DNA from: Eledone cirrhosa
Lineage: Eukaryota
Reading direction: 5' to 3'
Length of the DNA: 64,000 bases
Assembly (NCBI GenBank): GCA_964016885.1
Contig: OZ024740.1
Location: 153,388,001-153,452,000 of the forward strand
The notes under the pieces are model-generated. The model was not told the DNA's origin. It made no database searches and saw only the letters and a program-made list of their open reading frames with translations. This document shows, piece after piece, positions 39,805 through 53,700 of the stretch. The position numbers and the translations under genes are program-made. The stretch's first letter is position 1. Every line of letters begins with the position of its first letter.

Positions 39805-39899
39805 TAGATATATAGATAATAATGACAACCATCATAACGGCAATAATAAAAAAGAAAAGAAAAGAAAACAAAAAAAGAATAGGGAAATATAGAGAAAAA

Positions 39900-40915
39900 A
39901 GAGAAAAAGAAAAAAAAAGAACGGGAAGGGGAGGGAATGGCCAGAAGTCTGGAGTAGCAGAAGAGCGGGAAGGGGTGAAGGGGAGGGTGATTGGGCTTTG
40001 GGCCTACGACAAGGGGGCAGAAGTGCTGTGCCCCGCGGACAAGACCTTCAAAAGCATTCCTGCAGACGATGGCCAGTGATACTCGCTGCAACAGCCACCA
40101 AAACCACGCGGGGCTCCTTCCTCAGACGGGGCGCCGACGTTCTGATCTTGCAGAGGAGCTTGACTGTATGGGGTCCAAGTAGGCCTGAGGTCTCGACGGC
40201 AATCAGTACAAAGAGAAAGTGGCCGGCCAAACCCAGGTCTTTGTTTATTTTATGTTCTTCTGCGAGGTGGGCCACGATGCCAGGGTTTGTGGCCGAAGCA
40301 ACAAAGTCGGAGGCGAATAATGTGTCGCAGCAGGTGGCATCCCAGAAGAGAATCTACCTCCTTTGAATGGGAAGAGGGTGTTTCTGTTGGGGCGCTTGCC
40401 ATCTTCGCAGTCAAGGCCTGCTGGCTCCAGTTGTGATGGAAACCCAGCTGCATTCAGGCTCCTTCTCAGCATATCATTGAGAGCAGCGTGTCGGGGGGGG
40501 GGGGGGGGGAGCTGCGCTCTGGTGACAAGACAGAAGGTGCAGGTTCAACTTGTCAATAACTGCCCGGCAGCATTTATGTGGCTCACACACACGGAGGACA
40601 AGGCGTTGGGCTACTCCGATGTGAGTGTACTCATCATCAAGAAGGGTACCGGTTGATGAGGTGGGCACTGAATTGAGCCATGCGCCGCTGTTGGGCTGAG
40701 AAAAGAGTGGAGGCAGGCGAGGCGGTGTTGGTCCGAGCCAAACTCGATCCGCCTGACAGAAGACCTGCAATTGATGTTGTCCCAGTTACGTTGGACCATA
40801 GTATACTGGGAGATAGAGAGGCCTTCGCCTGTCCAGTAGACCAGAGCCTGTTTCACCTCAGGGGCCATGTCAGATTTGGTTGTCTGGCTGAGAACCTCGC
40901 TGACGAAAGCGTGGC
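39900..40915 (-). mobile_element. Degenerate CRE-like RLE retrotransposon 3' portion (second family)
   Basis: Frameshifted pieces SGAWLNSVP, CEPHKC..HLLSC, EPAGL..DGKRP, IAVETSG, MQRVSLAIVCRNA. Confidence 0.75.
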
Positions 40916-41825
40916 TGGAGGAGATAGAGGAGTTTCTTTTTATAAGATGGGATTTACTACTTATTCTCGGATAAAAAAGGAATGTGTTAGATATACTTCA
41001 CCTCATATCTACCTGCTCTAATACTACTGAAAATATGTTTAACTACTGGCTCAATGAAAACTTCTGTGATTCTGTAAATTGTTATGTTTGAATATTATTA
41101 GTTAAAGGTTTCTAGTCAAATACATTTTTTCTTTCTTTTTCTATTAAATTGGTTTTACTAAAATGTAAATAAAACATTACCTTTAACTAAAACGATCTAA
41201 CCAATTTTATTTGATCCTCAGTCATGAAAACCATGTATGTTTTATAATTTCATCTATTTTTCATTACAGAGTGCAAGGCTGAAAATTGCACCTTGTGTAA
41301 GTACATCTATTTAAACTGTTAGTACTCTACTTACATGTAAATACATCTATTGAAATAGATGATATAGGTGTTATTTGTTTACTCACCATGTGTAAGTACA
41401 TCTGTTTAGGTTGATTATATATTTATATAGTGCGGGTTGTGAATAAATATAACATATATACCGTGTAAAAACCAAATATATTTTAAATCTCGCTCTAACA
41501 TTGGATCACGGGTTCAGACAGTATAGTCTTGCACAATTGAGCTGGCGAAATAAATAATGATGAGCTGCAAAAACAGTAGAAGTAAACCTTTCTATCTTCA
41601 TTGCTAACTGACGAGAAAACTAAAGAATTGTGATGTAGCTATAAGAATTAATTTCATAATGAGGCTAAATATATAGAGAAAGATATAACACCAGATGCAT
41701 ATTTATTCATAGCGTGTTTACCTATCAAATATTATATAAGTTGTTTGTGACAGTGTTTGTGTGCTTGAGTGATATACTTAAAATAACATGGAAGGGAATC
41801 AAAGGCATAATCAAAACCTTTAACA

Positions 41826-42017
41826 TAATTGTTTCTACTTTTGGCACAAGGCCAGCAATTACCCAGTGTATTACTGGTACTTTATTTTATCGACCCTGTA
41901 AGGATGAAAGGCAAAGTTAACCTCGGCGGGATTTGAACTCAGAATGGCAAGGGCCGTAACTCAATGTGTCAAAGCATGGCGTCCGACCATCTACCGATAC
42001 TGCCAATCCACCGCCTT
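41826..42017 (-). mobile_element. tRNA-derived SINE with probable TSD TTTAACATAAT
   Basis: Full consensus; ctttaacataat occurs on both sides. Confidence 0.88.
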
Positions 42018-43592
42018 TAACATAATGAAACAAATTCGAATGTCATGATATCAAGAACCTTAACCATCGAAGGGACTCTGAGATATAATCAAAACCATTA
42101 ACAAGTATGAATATTACACTTCCGACAACTGTAACTATAGACAAACTCGAAGATATACTCACAATCTTTAATATAATGGAGCATAGATGACTCTTCTAAA
42201 CCCCATTAATAATGGAAATCTTTCTTTGTTTTATTTCAGCTTGTCATATCTGCATTAATTCATTCGGGTAAGTAAAATTGTCCTCAACATTCTTGAGACT
42301 ATTCTGAAGACTTGGTACCTGAGTGTGTGGGGAATGGGTGCAATATAACTCTATCAATCACCTCTCCTTTATAAAGATTTAGATTGGTATAGACTAAAGT
42401 CGGATATGGTTGACAATACAAAACTGAAAAGAAATGAAAACAGCTAATGAAAGTTGACAACAAAATGCCAGGGAGCAGGATTTTATCCTATAGTTAGCAA
42501 ACAGCTGTTACTCGCAACCAAACTGCAATTTATATTTAACCCTTATATTTCCCATTGCTGAGAAGTTTGTAGACATCAATTATTTACCTCAAGATTTACA
42601 AAGAAGAAAAATACAAATAAATGTCATGTATCTTTCAGATTCACTTTATTATCGGCCATAAATAGTAATGTCTAAATCCGAAATTGTAGGGTTCTCATCT
42701 TATTTTTCTTGTGAACTGCTAGCCAAACAGTTTGGCTATGAAAAAATATGAACTACAAAGTGCAATATTTCTGGACTGTTAATAGGATCTACGATTTAAT
42801 ATTCAATGGTAATATGTACGTACGAGAGCACAGTTATATATTGGCAATATATTCTAAGGATTGTTCATATGAGTTTCATCAAATAAATATATGATCATGA
42901 CATGTGTGTATATGACACACACAAACACACGTGTACTAGAGAAGCATGCACACTCATAGCATATATACTCTCATTAGCTCATTCAGGTATTTACAAATCC
43001 CAAGAACTTTCTTAACTTAAACAAAAAAACTGTGTAACATTTTCATGATTGGCTTGAACTTTTCAAAGAACTTTAACAAATCTTGAATAAATGAGAATAG
43101 ACAATGATAAATTCCATTGTGGCTCAGATCTATAGATAGACAGAGTAAAATATACATTTGCTCTAGTTGTGTTGCTGGGAAAAGAAACAGAAAATGTTTG
43201 AGTTCCTGTTGTATATAGCCAGTGACTGATTGAGAAAAAGAGCTATCTTATTTGTGCAATAAATCAGTGATATACTATTAGCGATCAAATTTCCCATATT
43301 TGGTGTCACTGTAGCTTTTTTTTTATATCTCTAATGAAAGAGGTTGTACAGGTGTGGAAGGAATTCTATAGAATTTTGTGTGATGAATGGTGTTCATTGA
43401 GCACAACATGTAACAATATGTAGAATAATGTGAAATAAGTATGCGATAAAGTTTACATTTGCCCAAGTAGATAAACATTTCAATTATTCATGTACCGTTG
43501 AATTTTGATTCCAGAAAAATTAAAATAACTGAGGATGAGAAGATGGAATTACTAAAAAGATTTGAGTCCATTCAAAGTTCATAACAAGAATG

Positions 43593-43656
<64 letters not shown>

Positions 43657-44319
43657 ATGTATATATATACACACATCTGAATCCCAGGTCATCTATATTA
43701 CAATGCTGATGTCTTCATTAAAGTGTACTAAATTCAATTAATTTAAAAGTGAAACTAAAAGAATATATATATAAATAAATGAAATTGCATTTACTAGGAA
43801 TCACATTATTAAAATAATTGATTCCTATTTTTTCTTTTAGTATTGATTTGTATATATTTAGTTTAAAAGAAATAAAGAGATACTTAATTTTCAAAAGCAA
43901 ACTGTTTTTTTCTATTTTGTTACATTTTGTTTCATATATTTTTGTTTCCCAGAGTCGTAGGTGATCATTTTTATATACATAGTTCAAACTTGGAAATCAT
44001 CGTACCTGAAGCAGGAACCTCAAGAGGTGGAATATCTGATACAGCAGGTGTCACTGGATGTTCTCCATGGCAATGCCTTCACCATTTTGTTTGTGAGGAG
44101 GCACATCTGATATACACTACCAACACTGGTGTCAGAGTATGCCCCCCCCCCTTTTCATTTGCTTTTTAATTTTGTTCTCTTTTCTTACCTCCCTTGAAAT
44201 TAGAAGTTGGTACTGGTGGTTTGGTTTTGTTTCCAGCTTGACTTAACATGCACCCACTCTTGCTTGATTGTTCACCTCTCTAGCTAGTTTCAAATTCAAT
44301 AGTTTGGTACTGAATTAAT

Positions 44320-44830
44320 AATTGATGCAGTACTTCCTAAAATTATTTGAAGTGATTGAGTTAACCACCTTTTCTGATAAAGCATTTCAACAATCCACTA
44401 CACTGAGTAATATAGCAACCAAAAATATCCATGAATCTTGGCTGTGGACACATCGTATTTGATTATACTAACACATATGTTGAAATTAAAAAAAAAGAAA
44501 ATTAATTGTAATTCTGACATTCACATTTCCAATTCGTAAAATGAAGGTGATAGGTGGCAGGATGATAACATAAAAGCCAAATTATTGGAGAGACTGTTGG
44601 TAAATGTATTGCATTTTCATTTATTCATTACAATATGCTGAAACACCTGATATTTTCATATATTCAGCACAATGGGCAAAACCGTGATTGTGGTATGCAT
44701 AAGATTTGGGCTTATCCAATAAAATCTGAATGTAACACTGACAGCTCGGTGTGTTTTTGAATATTTTGCTGATATTTTGCACCACTGCTTTCTTTTGTAA
44801 AGACTTATTGTTATAGCCCCACATAATTCA
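44320..44830 (-). mobile_element. Old CR1-like 3' remnant
   Basis: Manual translation SVVDC*NALSEKVVNSITSNNFR resembles the CR1 ORF2 C-terminus. Confidence 0.4.
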
Positions 44831-44910
44831 TAATTTATATAAATACTTCTGGAGGAACTTTGGTGAAAAATCCCTCACTATGTCTAATTAAGATGTATCA
44901 TATATATATA

Positions 44911-45280
44911 TCTATATATATAAAACAGAGGATGTCTGTGTGTCTGTTTCCCTAAAACTCGAGAAGTACCCAACAATTTTTTTTTTCAAACTTTACGCAT
45001 GTAACCCGTATGGCCTCGGAAGTGTTTCGAGCAAAAAAAAATTTCAAATTATTCTGAGCTAGGGATTTAATTAGTGAAGTGGCCAATGTCTGTACATAAT
45101 GAGGGAGTGAGAGGAGAGAGAAAGAAACGGAGAGACGAAGTGAAGAAGTGGCTCTCTACTCCTCCTCCTCCTTCTCCCCATTCGTCACAGCGTTTTTAGA
45201 TAGAGGGGAGAAATGTGAACGAGTTACAGAGAGAAAGAGTGAGAGTGAAAGAAACAGGCAGACTAAAAGAGGGGGATAGC

Positions 45281-45343
<63 letters not shown>

Positions 45344-46253
45344 GCCGTCTTTTGAGAGTTGTATGCGTCAAAGATACATAACAGTGGAATAACTATTGCG
45401 TGTGTGTGTACGCGCGTGTGTGTGAGTTTGTGTGCGTTTGCATGCGTGAGTGTGTATGTGTGCGTGAGTGATTATAAACTCTCTCACATGGTCTGATGGA
45501 ATTAACCCTTTAGCGTTTACATTACTCTATATATACTATATTATTTTCATGGTAAAGGCTTTATCTCACATAATATAAAAATCTCACAGATTTAATATTA
45601 TTTATTTTGAGAACAATACCTTAACCCTTTAGTATTAATGTGAGTTAGTTATAAAGATAAAGAGTGAGAGTGAAAGAAACAGACAGACTAAAAGAGGGGG
45701 ATAGCGGGAGAGAGAGAGACGTTGGAAGAGGGGAAGGAAAGCTATATGTCTTGCTGTCTGCATTACGATATATATATATACACACACACACTGATCGCGT
45801 CATAATGACGTAAAGCAGATAGCCAGACATACAGACAGATATTATAAGGACGCAACGTTATATCTATGTATCTATCTAAAAAGAAAGACTAAGAATTATA
45901 GAGAGAGATCGCTAAATCGCCTAATGCGGTCCCTAGGCCATTGAAAATTTGAAATATCTTTTGCTCAAAACACTCACAGGACCATAAGTATTACATGTGT
46001 AAAGTTTGAAAACAATCGGTTGGGTGGTTCTCAAGTTTTAGGGAGCTGACAGACAGACAGACAGACAGACATTCTCTGTTTTAGATATATAGATATATGT
46101 ATAATTATATATTCGTGTACAGATATTTTTGCATACACAATAACAAAATATAAATAAACGTATTTATTTCACGAGGCTCAATAAGGATAAATATATATCA
46201 AATATATAAGAACCCTAGAGCAAATCCCGAGTAACGCCGGGCCATTCTGCTAG
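44911..46253 (+). mobile_element. Non-autonomous Helitron 1 of the array (contains an inverted Helitron 5' end and a piggyBac-MITE piece)
   Basis: A|TCTATATATATAAAACAGAGG start; CCCGAGTAACGCCGGG hairpin and CTAG end. Confidence 0.75.
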
Positions 46254-47489
46254 TATATATATAAAACTGAGGATGTCTGTCTGTGTGTGTGTGAGTTTGA
46301 ATCCCTAAAGCTAGAGAAGCACCCAACCGACTGTTTTCAAACTTTACACATGTAATACTTATGTTTCAGGGAGTGTTCTGAGCAAAAGAAATTTGAAATT
46401 TTCAATGCCCTAGGGACCGCACCAGGCGATTTAGCGATCTCTCTCTATAATTCTTAGTCGTTCTCTTTTTAGATAGATACATACATATAACGTCGCGCCC
46501 TTATAATATCTGTCTGTATGCCTGGCTGTCTGAATTACGTCACTTCCTACGATTCGCTCTGCGTCCAAAACGCGCCCTTATAATATCTGTCTGTGTGTGT
46601 GTGAGTTTGAATCCCTAAAACTCGAGAACCACCAAACCGACTGTTTTCTAACTTTACACATGTAATACTTATGTTTCAGGGAGTGTTCTGAGCAAAAAAA
46701 GAAATTCAAATTTTCAATGTCCTAGGGACCGCATTAGGTGATTTAGCGATTTCTCTCTATAATTCTTAGTCTTTCTCTTTTTAGATAGATACATACATAT
46801 AACGTCGCGGCCTTATAATATCTGTCTGTATGTCTGGATATCTGCATTACGTCACTTCCCTGAGGATGACTGTCTGCGTGTGTGTGTCTGTGAGTTTGAA
46901 TCCCTAAAACTCGAGAAATACCCAACCGATTTTGTTCAAACTTTACATGTGTATTACTAATGTTTCAGGGAGTGTTATGCACATTAAAAAATTCAACTTT
47001 TTGATCTTCTAGGGCCCGCATTAAGTGAAAAACTGCGTTTTTAAGCTTTTTAGGTTTTTTTTGAGGCATTACGTCAGACCAATTTCCTTGAAATTGTAAC
47101 TATGTATTAGTCAGTCTCTTCTTCATACCGTGAGCTAAGAAAATCCAACTTTTTTATGGCCTAGGGCCCGCATTAGGTGAAAAATTTCATTTTTTCAGCC
47201 TTTTGGGGCTTTTTGGAGACGTTACATCTACCCGATTTTCCCGAAATTTCAAGGCATATTATGCACATTAAACAAATTATTTTCTTGATTCCCTAGGCCC
47301 GCATTAGGTGAAAACCTGCATTTTTCCTGCTTCATCGAGGAAAATCTTAAAGATTATCCAGCCACATCAGAGTATTCGGTTTATTTTCTTTACATATTGT
47401 CCAGGCATGCAGTTTTTCCACGATTAGATCTGTTGGCGGCCGGCGTTCCAAAATACCTTATCCCGTGCAACGCCGAGTACCACTGCTAG
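46254..47489 (+). mobile_element. Non-autonomous Helitron 2, with ~300-bp and ~135-bp internal tandem repeats
   Basis: Starts directly after the previous CTAG; ends CCCGTGCAACGCCGAG-TACCACTGCTAG. Confidence 0.75.
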
Positions 47490-47770
47490 TATATATATAT
47501 AAATAGTAACAAGACATATGTGTGTGTGTGTGTGTATTATCCTCACAATTTGAATAAATAACTTTAGATGTGTTCAAATCCCAAAACAGCAAACATGGGA
47601 AATAACACCTATCAGCCAATCCAAATTTTTGGGAAAAATACCAACAATGCAGTAGAAATGGTCCTTGAGTGTGATGTGGTTCTCGAACCATCTAAGAGGA
47701 CAATAACTACAAATAAGAGGAGGATTGAAACATAACAGCCTGACCAACCCAAACATTATGGTGATGACAG

Positions 47771-47841
<71 letters not shown>

Positions 47842-47954
47842 TAATTTTTTTCACATTTAACTTACTCCTCACCCTTAGATAAGCTGAAAAATAGACAAAC
47901 ATTTTTCTGTATAATAATTTAGTCAGGGTTTATATAATTTTCTCTTGTTAATTA

Positions 47955-48881
47955 TCTACTTATATATATAACCAGCAATTTCTCTGTCTGTTTGTCCGAC
48001 AGTGGAAACACGTGCGTAGAGAGAGAGTGAGAGTGAAAGAAAGAGACAGACTACGAGAGGGGGATATCGGGAGGGAGAGAGAGAGGGTGAATAGACGCTA
48101 AAACACGTGCTACAGAAATATTACCTTCCCTCTCCACTGACTTTGGTCACTGAGGCCGAGGGAATCGCTGGTTGCTATAGAGACACCTTGCACAAGCCAG
48201 AAGTAACCAGTTCGAGGCGGTTCTGACTTGACACCATGCGAAGAAGGTTTCCATTGAATTTGTGGTTTGAAGAAGGTTGCCATTGAATTTGTGGTTGTTG
48301 CTGCTGATAATAAGGACCATTTGAAGAAGGTTGCTGCTGATGTGGTAATTTATTAATCAGATTGCGCAGTTCCATAACCTACGTTTGATTTGTTCAATTT
48401 TTTTCTTCAATTTTTTGTTGTTGTTTTTTTTTTTTATTTCTTATTGAAAAAATATAAATAATAAAATAAGGTTAGAAATTTAAATACAATTAAATACGAT
48501 TTAATTTCCATTTCCAGCAGCCAATGTCCAGTGTTCAATTTCATGAAAAAATTGGAAATAATAAAAAAAATTGAAGTTTAACTTTTGAACATTTGTTTTG
48601 ACAATAAAAAAATATTTCCTTATTCACACCTAATGGTATGATTAAAATTTCATATATTTTTTTCTAACCGCCAGTTATTTATTTTCTCCTTTTTCGTTTT
48701 AACATATATTTATTTCAAAGATTTCACCGTATAGATAACATATATATTTATACATGCATAAAAGACACACCGAGAGACGAAAACATTGTGCCGAAAACAT
48801 TTCTCATCCAAATCTCAACAATATCAGTATATACACTAGATTTGCTAGCAGAAAACCGCCCACCGGGTAGTTTTCTGCTAG
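47955..48881 (+). mobile_element. Probable Helitron 3 with a foldback 3' end
   Basis: A|TCTACTTATATATATAA start; ends CTAGCAGAAAAC-CGCCCACCGGGTA-GTTTTCTGCTAG. Confidence 0.55.
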
Positions 48882-49685
48882 TCTATATATATATAAAACA
48901 GAGGATGTCTGTGTGTCTGTTTCCCTAAAACTCGAGAAGTACCCAACCGGTTTTTTTCAAACTTTATACATGTAACTCGTATGACCCCGGAAGTGTTTTG
49001 AGCAAAAAAAATTTCAAATTTTCAATGCCCTAGGGACCGCATTAGGCGATTTAGCGATCTCTTTCTCTTAGTCTTTCTCTTTTTAGATAGATACATAGAT
49101 ATGACGTCGCGCCTTCATAATTGTTTCTACTTTTGGCACAAGGCCAGATCTGTCTGTATGCCTGACTGTCTGCATTACGTCATTATGACGCGATCAGTGT
49201 GTATATATATTCTTATGCCAGGGAACGTCTTCACGAACCAAAGTATCGTCTTCCTGTTTTCCAGATTGATTTTTTTAGTTTAAGAAGTTAAGGTTGAAAG
49301 CAGCGATTCTTTGCTTAAACATTAATATGTTATTTTAATATAGATATTCGTGTACAGATATTTTTGCATACAAAAAAACAAAATATAAACAAACAAGGCC
49401 AAAGATTACATCAATTAGTCTTAGTGTATGTACTTCATACTGCTTTTAGGTAGAATATCCCGTTAAGGGTGAAAGCAGTGATTCTTTGCTTAAACTTTAG
49501 TCTGTTATTTTAATATATATATATATATATATATAATTATATATTTATGGACAGATATTTTTGCATACACAATAACAAAATATAAACAAACGTATTTATT
49601 TCACGAGGTTCGATAAGGATAAATATATATCAAATATATAAGAACCCTATAGCAAATCCCGAGCAACGCCGGGCCATTCTGCTAG
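48882..49685 (+). mobile_element. Non-autonomous Helitron 4
   Basis: CTAG|TC junction at 48881/48882; ends CCCGAGCAACGCCGGG-CCATTCTGCTAG. Confidence 0.8.
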
Positions 49686-50739
49686 TCTATATATATAAAA
49701 CAAAGCATGTCTGTGTATCTGTTTCCCTAAAACTCGAGAACTACCCAACCGTTTTTTTTTCAAACTTTATACATGTAATACTTCTGGTCCTATTGAGTGT
49801 TCTGAGCAAAAACAATTTTAAATTTTCAATGCCCTAGGGACCGCATTAGGCGATTTAGCGATCTCTTTATCTTTCTCTTTTTAGATAGATACATAGATAT
49901 GACGTCGCGCCTTCATAATTGTTTCTTATATAGACACAAGGCCAGCAATTTTGGGGGGAGAGGAAAGTGGATTAAATCGACCCCAGTGCGTGACTGGTAC
50001 TTTATTTTATCGACTCCGTCGCGCCTTCATAATATCTGTCTGCATTACATTATGACGTGATCAGTGTATGTGTGTGTATATATGTATATATATAGTGTGT
50101 GTGTATGTATATATTATTATGCCAGGGAACGTCTTCATAAACCAACGTATCGTCTTCCTGTTTTCCTTCGGTTGCAACGTTTTTCGAAATATTTACATCT
50201 GCGTTCACAGATTGATTTAGTTTCATAAGATCCCGTTAAGGTTGAAAGCAGCGATTCTTTGCTTTAACATTAATATGTTATTTTAATATAGATATTCGTG
50301 TACATATATTTTTGCATACACAAAAACAAAATATAAACAAACAAGGCTGGCGATTTATAATCACATGCATCTCTGACAGATATTTTTGCATACACAAAAA
50401 CAAAATATAAACAAACAAGGCCAACGATTACATCAGTTAGTCTTAGTGTACTTCATACTGCTTTTAGGTAGAAGATCCCGTTAAAGGTGAAAGCAGCGAT
50501 TCATTTTCTGCATTCACAGATTGATTTTTTTAGTTTCAGAAGATCCCGTTAAGTGTGAAAGCAGTGATTCTTTGCTTAAACTTTAATCTGTTATTTTAAT
50601 ATATATATATATAATTATATATTCGTGTACAGATATTTTTGCATACACAATAACAAAATATAAACAAACGTATTTATTTCACGAGGCTCGATAAGGATAA
50701 ATATATATCAAATATATAAGAACGCTAGAGCAAATCCCG
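49686..50739 (+). mobile_element. Non-autonomous Helitron 5, 3'-truncated at the hairpin
   Basis: CTAG|TC junction at 49685/49686; colinear with Helitron 4 up to agagcaaatccc. Confidence 0.75.
50532..50582 (+). ncRNA. Degenerate HHR-like motif carried inside Helitrons
   Basis: AGTTT-CAGAAGA-T-CCC-GTTAA-GTG-T-GAAA-GCA..TGC-TT-AAACT; core U4 is A; related copies at ~49280, 49450, 50219, 50468, 11590-11650 and 14450-14490. Confidence 0.4.
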
Positions 50740-50761
50740 CAAATGCATTTAGTAAACTTTT

Positions 50762-53700
50762 CATCATCATCATCATCATCATCGTTTAACGTCTATCTTC
50801 CACGCTAGCATGGGTTTAGACGGGAATTGTCCCACGTGAGGCATGGTTGGCCGTCTTGCTCATATAGGATTGTCTGGTGGGTTTTCTACGGCTGGATGCC
50901 CTTCCTAACACCAACCACGTTTACAGTGTGGACTGGGAGGTTTTTACCGTGTTACCTGCACGGCCACATTACAGCGTGGACTGTGTGTTTTTTGTCGTGA
51001 CACCTACACAACCTCATTTATTTAGGACTGGATGTTGTGGCATCAATATAACTTTAGGTGTAGATGGGGGTGGGGGTAAGGGTAGTGGGATGGGGGTGTA
51101 TTTTTGGTTAGGAGGTGCCTATTGACTGTAGGTTTCGCTTTGTACTTAGGCAAGGCAGGTCTTCTCTATTACTGTGTAGCGCCAAAGATCTCGGTCCAGT
51201 GACATTACCTTGGAGAGGTGTGTGTAAGGTCGGAATGTATCAAATCGTCCCAGGTTTTTCTGGGTCTACCTACTCCGTAGCTTCCATCTATTTTGATCGC
51301 CCTGCACTTTTTTTATACGTCTTTCATGCGCATCACGTGACCATACCAACGTAGTCTTCTCTCGAGTAAACAGCATCTGATCCCTCTTATTCCTAATTTC
51401 TCACTTAGTTCATTTATGCTTTGCCGTTCACGTATATTACTATTACACATCCAATGGAGCATGCAAGCTTTGTTCCTCTCCAATCTGCGCAGATCCTCTG
51501 CACACAATGCCCATGTCTCACTGCCATGTAACATTGCTGTTCATATGAAGGCATCATACAGTCTGCCTTTCATTTTTAGGGCGAAACCTTTAGCGGCTAA
51601 TAATGGTATAAGCTCTCTGAACTTTTTCCATCCCGTTCTGACTCTAGCTACTGTACTTTCAGAGCACCCACCACCACTGCTGATTTTGTCACCCAGGTAA
51701 CGGAAGGTGTCCACTATTTCTATAGAACCATCTGGGCAATGGAAGGAGCTAGTATCCTGTGGGCACTTGCTACTACTTATTGCACCTGAGCACCGGCCAT
51801 ATATAAAATCTGTTCTTGGTTAGGTAACCTGTGATCCCACTACATCTTTTATGCACCCATACTTTGCATTTGGGACATAAAATGGAGTTTCTGCCTACTC
51901 CTTTCCTACACACTGAGCCTGGCCATTTCCCAGAGGGGACCAGTGCCCTATTTTCCTTCCTACATACTAGAACTTTAGTCTTAGACAAGTTAATTTTAAG
52001 GCCTTTTGATTCCAAGCCATGCTTACAAGTTTGGAATTTCTTCTCTAGTTCAGCCATTGATTCAGGTATGAGCGTTAGATCATCTGCGTATAGAAGTTCC
52101 CATGGGCAGCCGGTCTTGAACTCCTCTGTTATAGTGTGAAGGGCAATAATAAATAGGAGGGGGCTAAGAACAGAGCCCTGATGAACACCAACCTTTACAC
52201 TAAATTCTTCACTATATTCCTTGTTAATTCTAACCTTGCTGACTTTTTCTTTATACATGGCTTGTATAGCTCTCACGAGCCATTCATCAACACCTAGTTT
52301 TCTAAGAGCCCACCAGATAATGGAGCGGGCGACTGTCAAAAGCTTTCTCCAAGTCAACAAAAGCTAAGTATAGGGGTTTACTTTTAGCTAGGTACTTCTC
52401 CTGTAGTTATCGTACAATGAAAAGAGCATCTGTGGTACTTTTACCTGACACAAACCCGAACTGCATTTCATCTAGATCAATTCGCTCTCTGATTAGTTGC
52501 GCTATAACTTTTTCTGTGACCATGACCTGGTCAATTAATTTAATGCCTCTATAGTTTCCCCTGTCTAGGGCATCTCCTTTATCCTTGTAGCAGTTAATGA
52601 TGCTGCTGCTACACCAGTCATTTGGTATGAGCCCATTCTGTATGACTTGGTTTACTATCCGGGAGACCATAGTGTGTCCCACCGATCCAGATGCTTTCAG
52701 CATTTCAGCAACTATTTCCGAAGGCCCAGCTGCTTTGCCTGTCTTTATATCTTTGATTGCCTTACTCATTATACTACCTTCAACTTGCACTGCTGGTCCC
52801 TCTATTGGATCGATTTGGGGCAGACTATCTTTTTCCCACTTATTCTCTTCATTTAGTAGCCTCTCGTAGTGACACTTCCAAGCTACCTTCTTATCAGCGT
52901 CAGTGATGGCAAGTACACCATCATCCTTAAGTACACACTTCTTGTCACATTGTCTAGCAATCCTGAACACCTCACGTTTTTGGTCCTTGCATTGTAGAAC
53001 ATGCTTGAACTTTCTTTCCTCTGCTTCCCTTCTTGCAAGGTAGACTTGTCTCCTAGCTTCCCTCCTCGCCGTTTGATAGTGTTCTCTACTTCCCCCATCC
53101 CACCATACTTTCCAAGCTTGCTTCTTGGCCTTGATTGACTCCCCCACCATGTTACTCTCCTCCTGCCTATAGGTCTGTGGGGTACTTTAACTTCCATATT
53201 CTTCTCCTTAGGGTAGTTCTCCTCTGTTGTCGAGTACATCTCGTCCTGACTATGAGGTCACTAACTATGAGGCTATGTTGGGAGGTGCATTCTTCGTGGG
53301 GGAGGGATTTAGTGTTTACAACAGACACTTTGTCACATCTTCTGGTAAGGATATAATCTATCTGACTGGCGTGTTCCCCTGATCTATAGGTGATCAAGTG
53401 ATTGTCTCATTCTTTGAATTTTGTGTTGCAGATAATTAGGTTATTTGCGTCACAGAATTCCAGAATTCTGAAGCCTTCCTCATTTCTGGTACCAAACCCG
53501 TAGCCTCCATGGATTCCGTCATAGCCGTCACAATGTTGTCCAACGTGACCATTTAGGTCGCCAGCAATAATTGTGTAGTCACTGTCGGTTAGTTGGGAGG
53601 TAGTGAGCATTAGTTATTCATAGAATCTGTCTTTTATAACGCCAGGCAATCCAGATTGCGGTGCATAAGCGGATATTATTGTCACAGTAGTTCTATTTAG

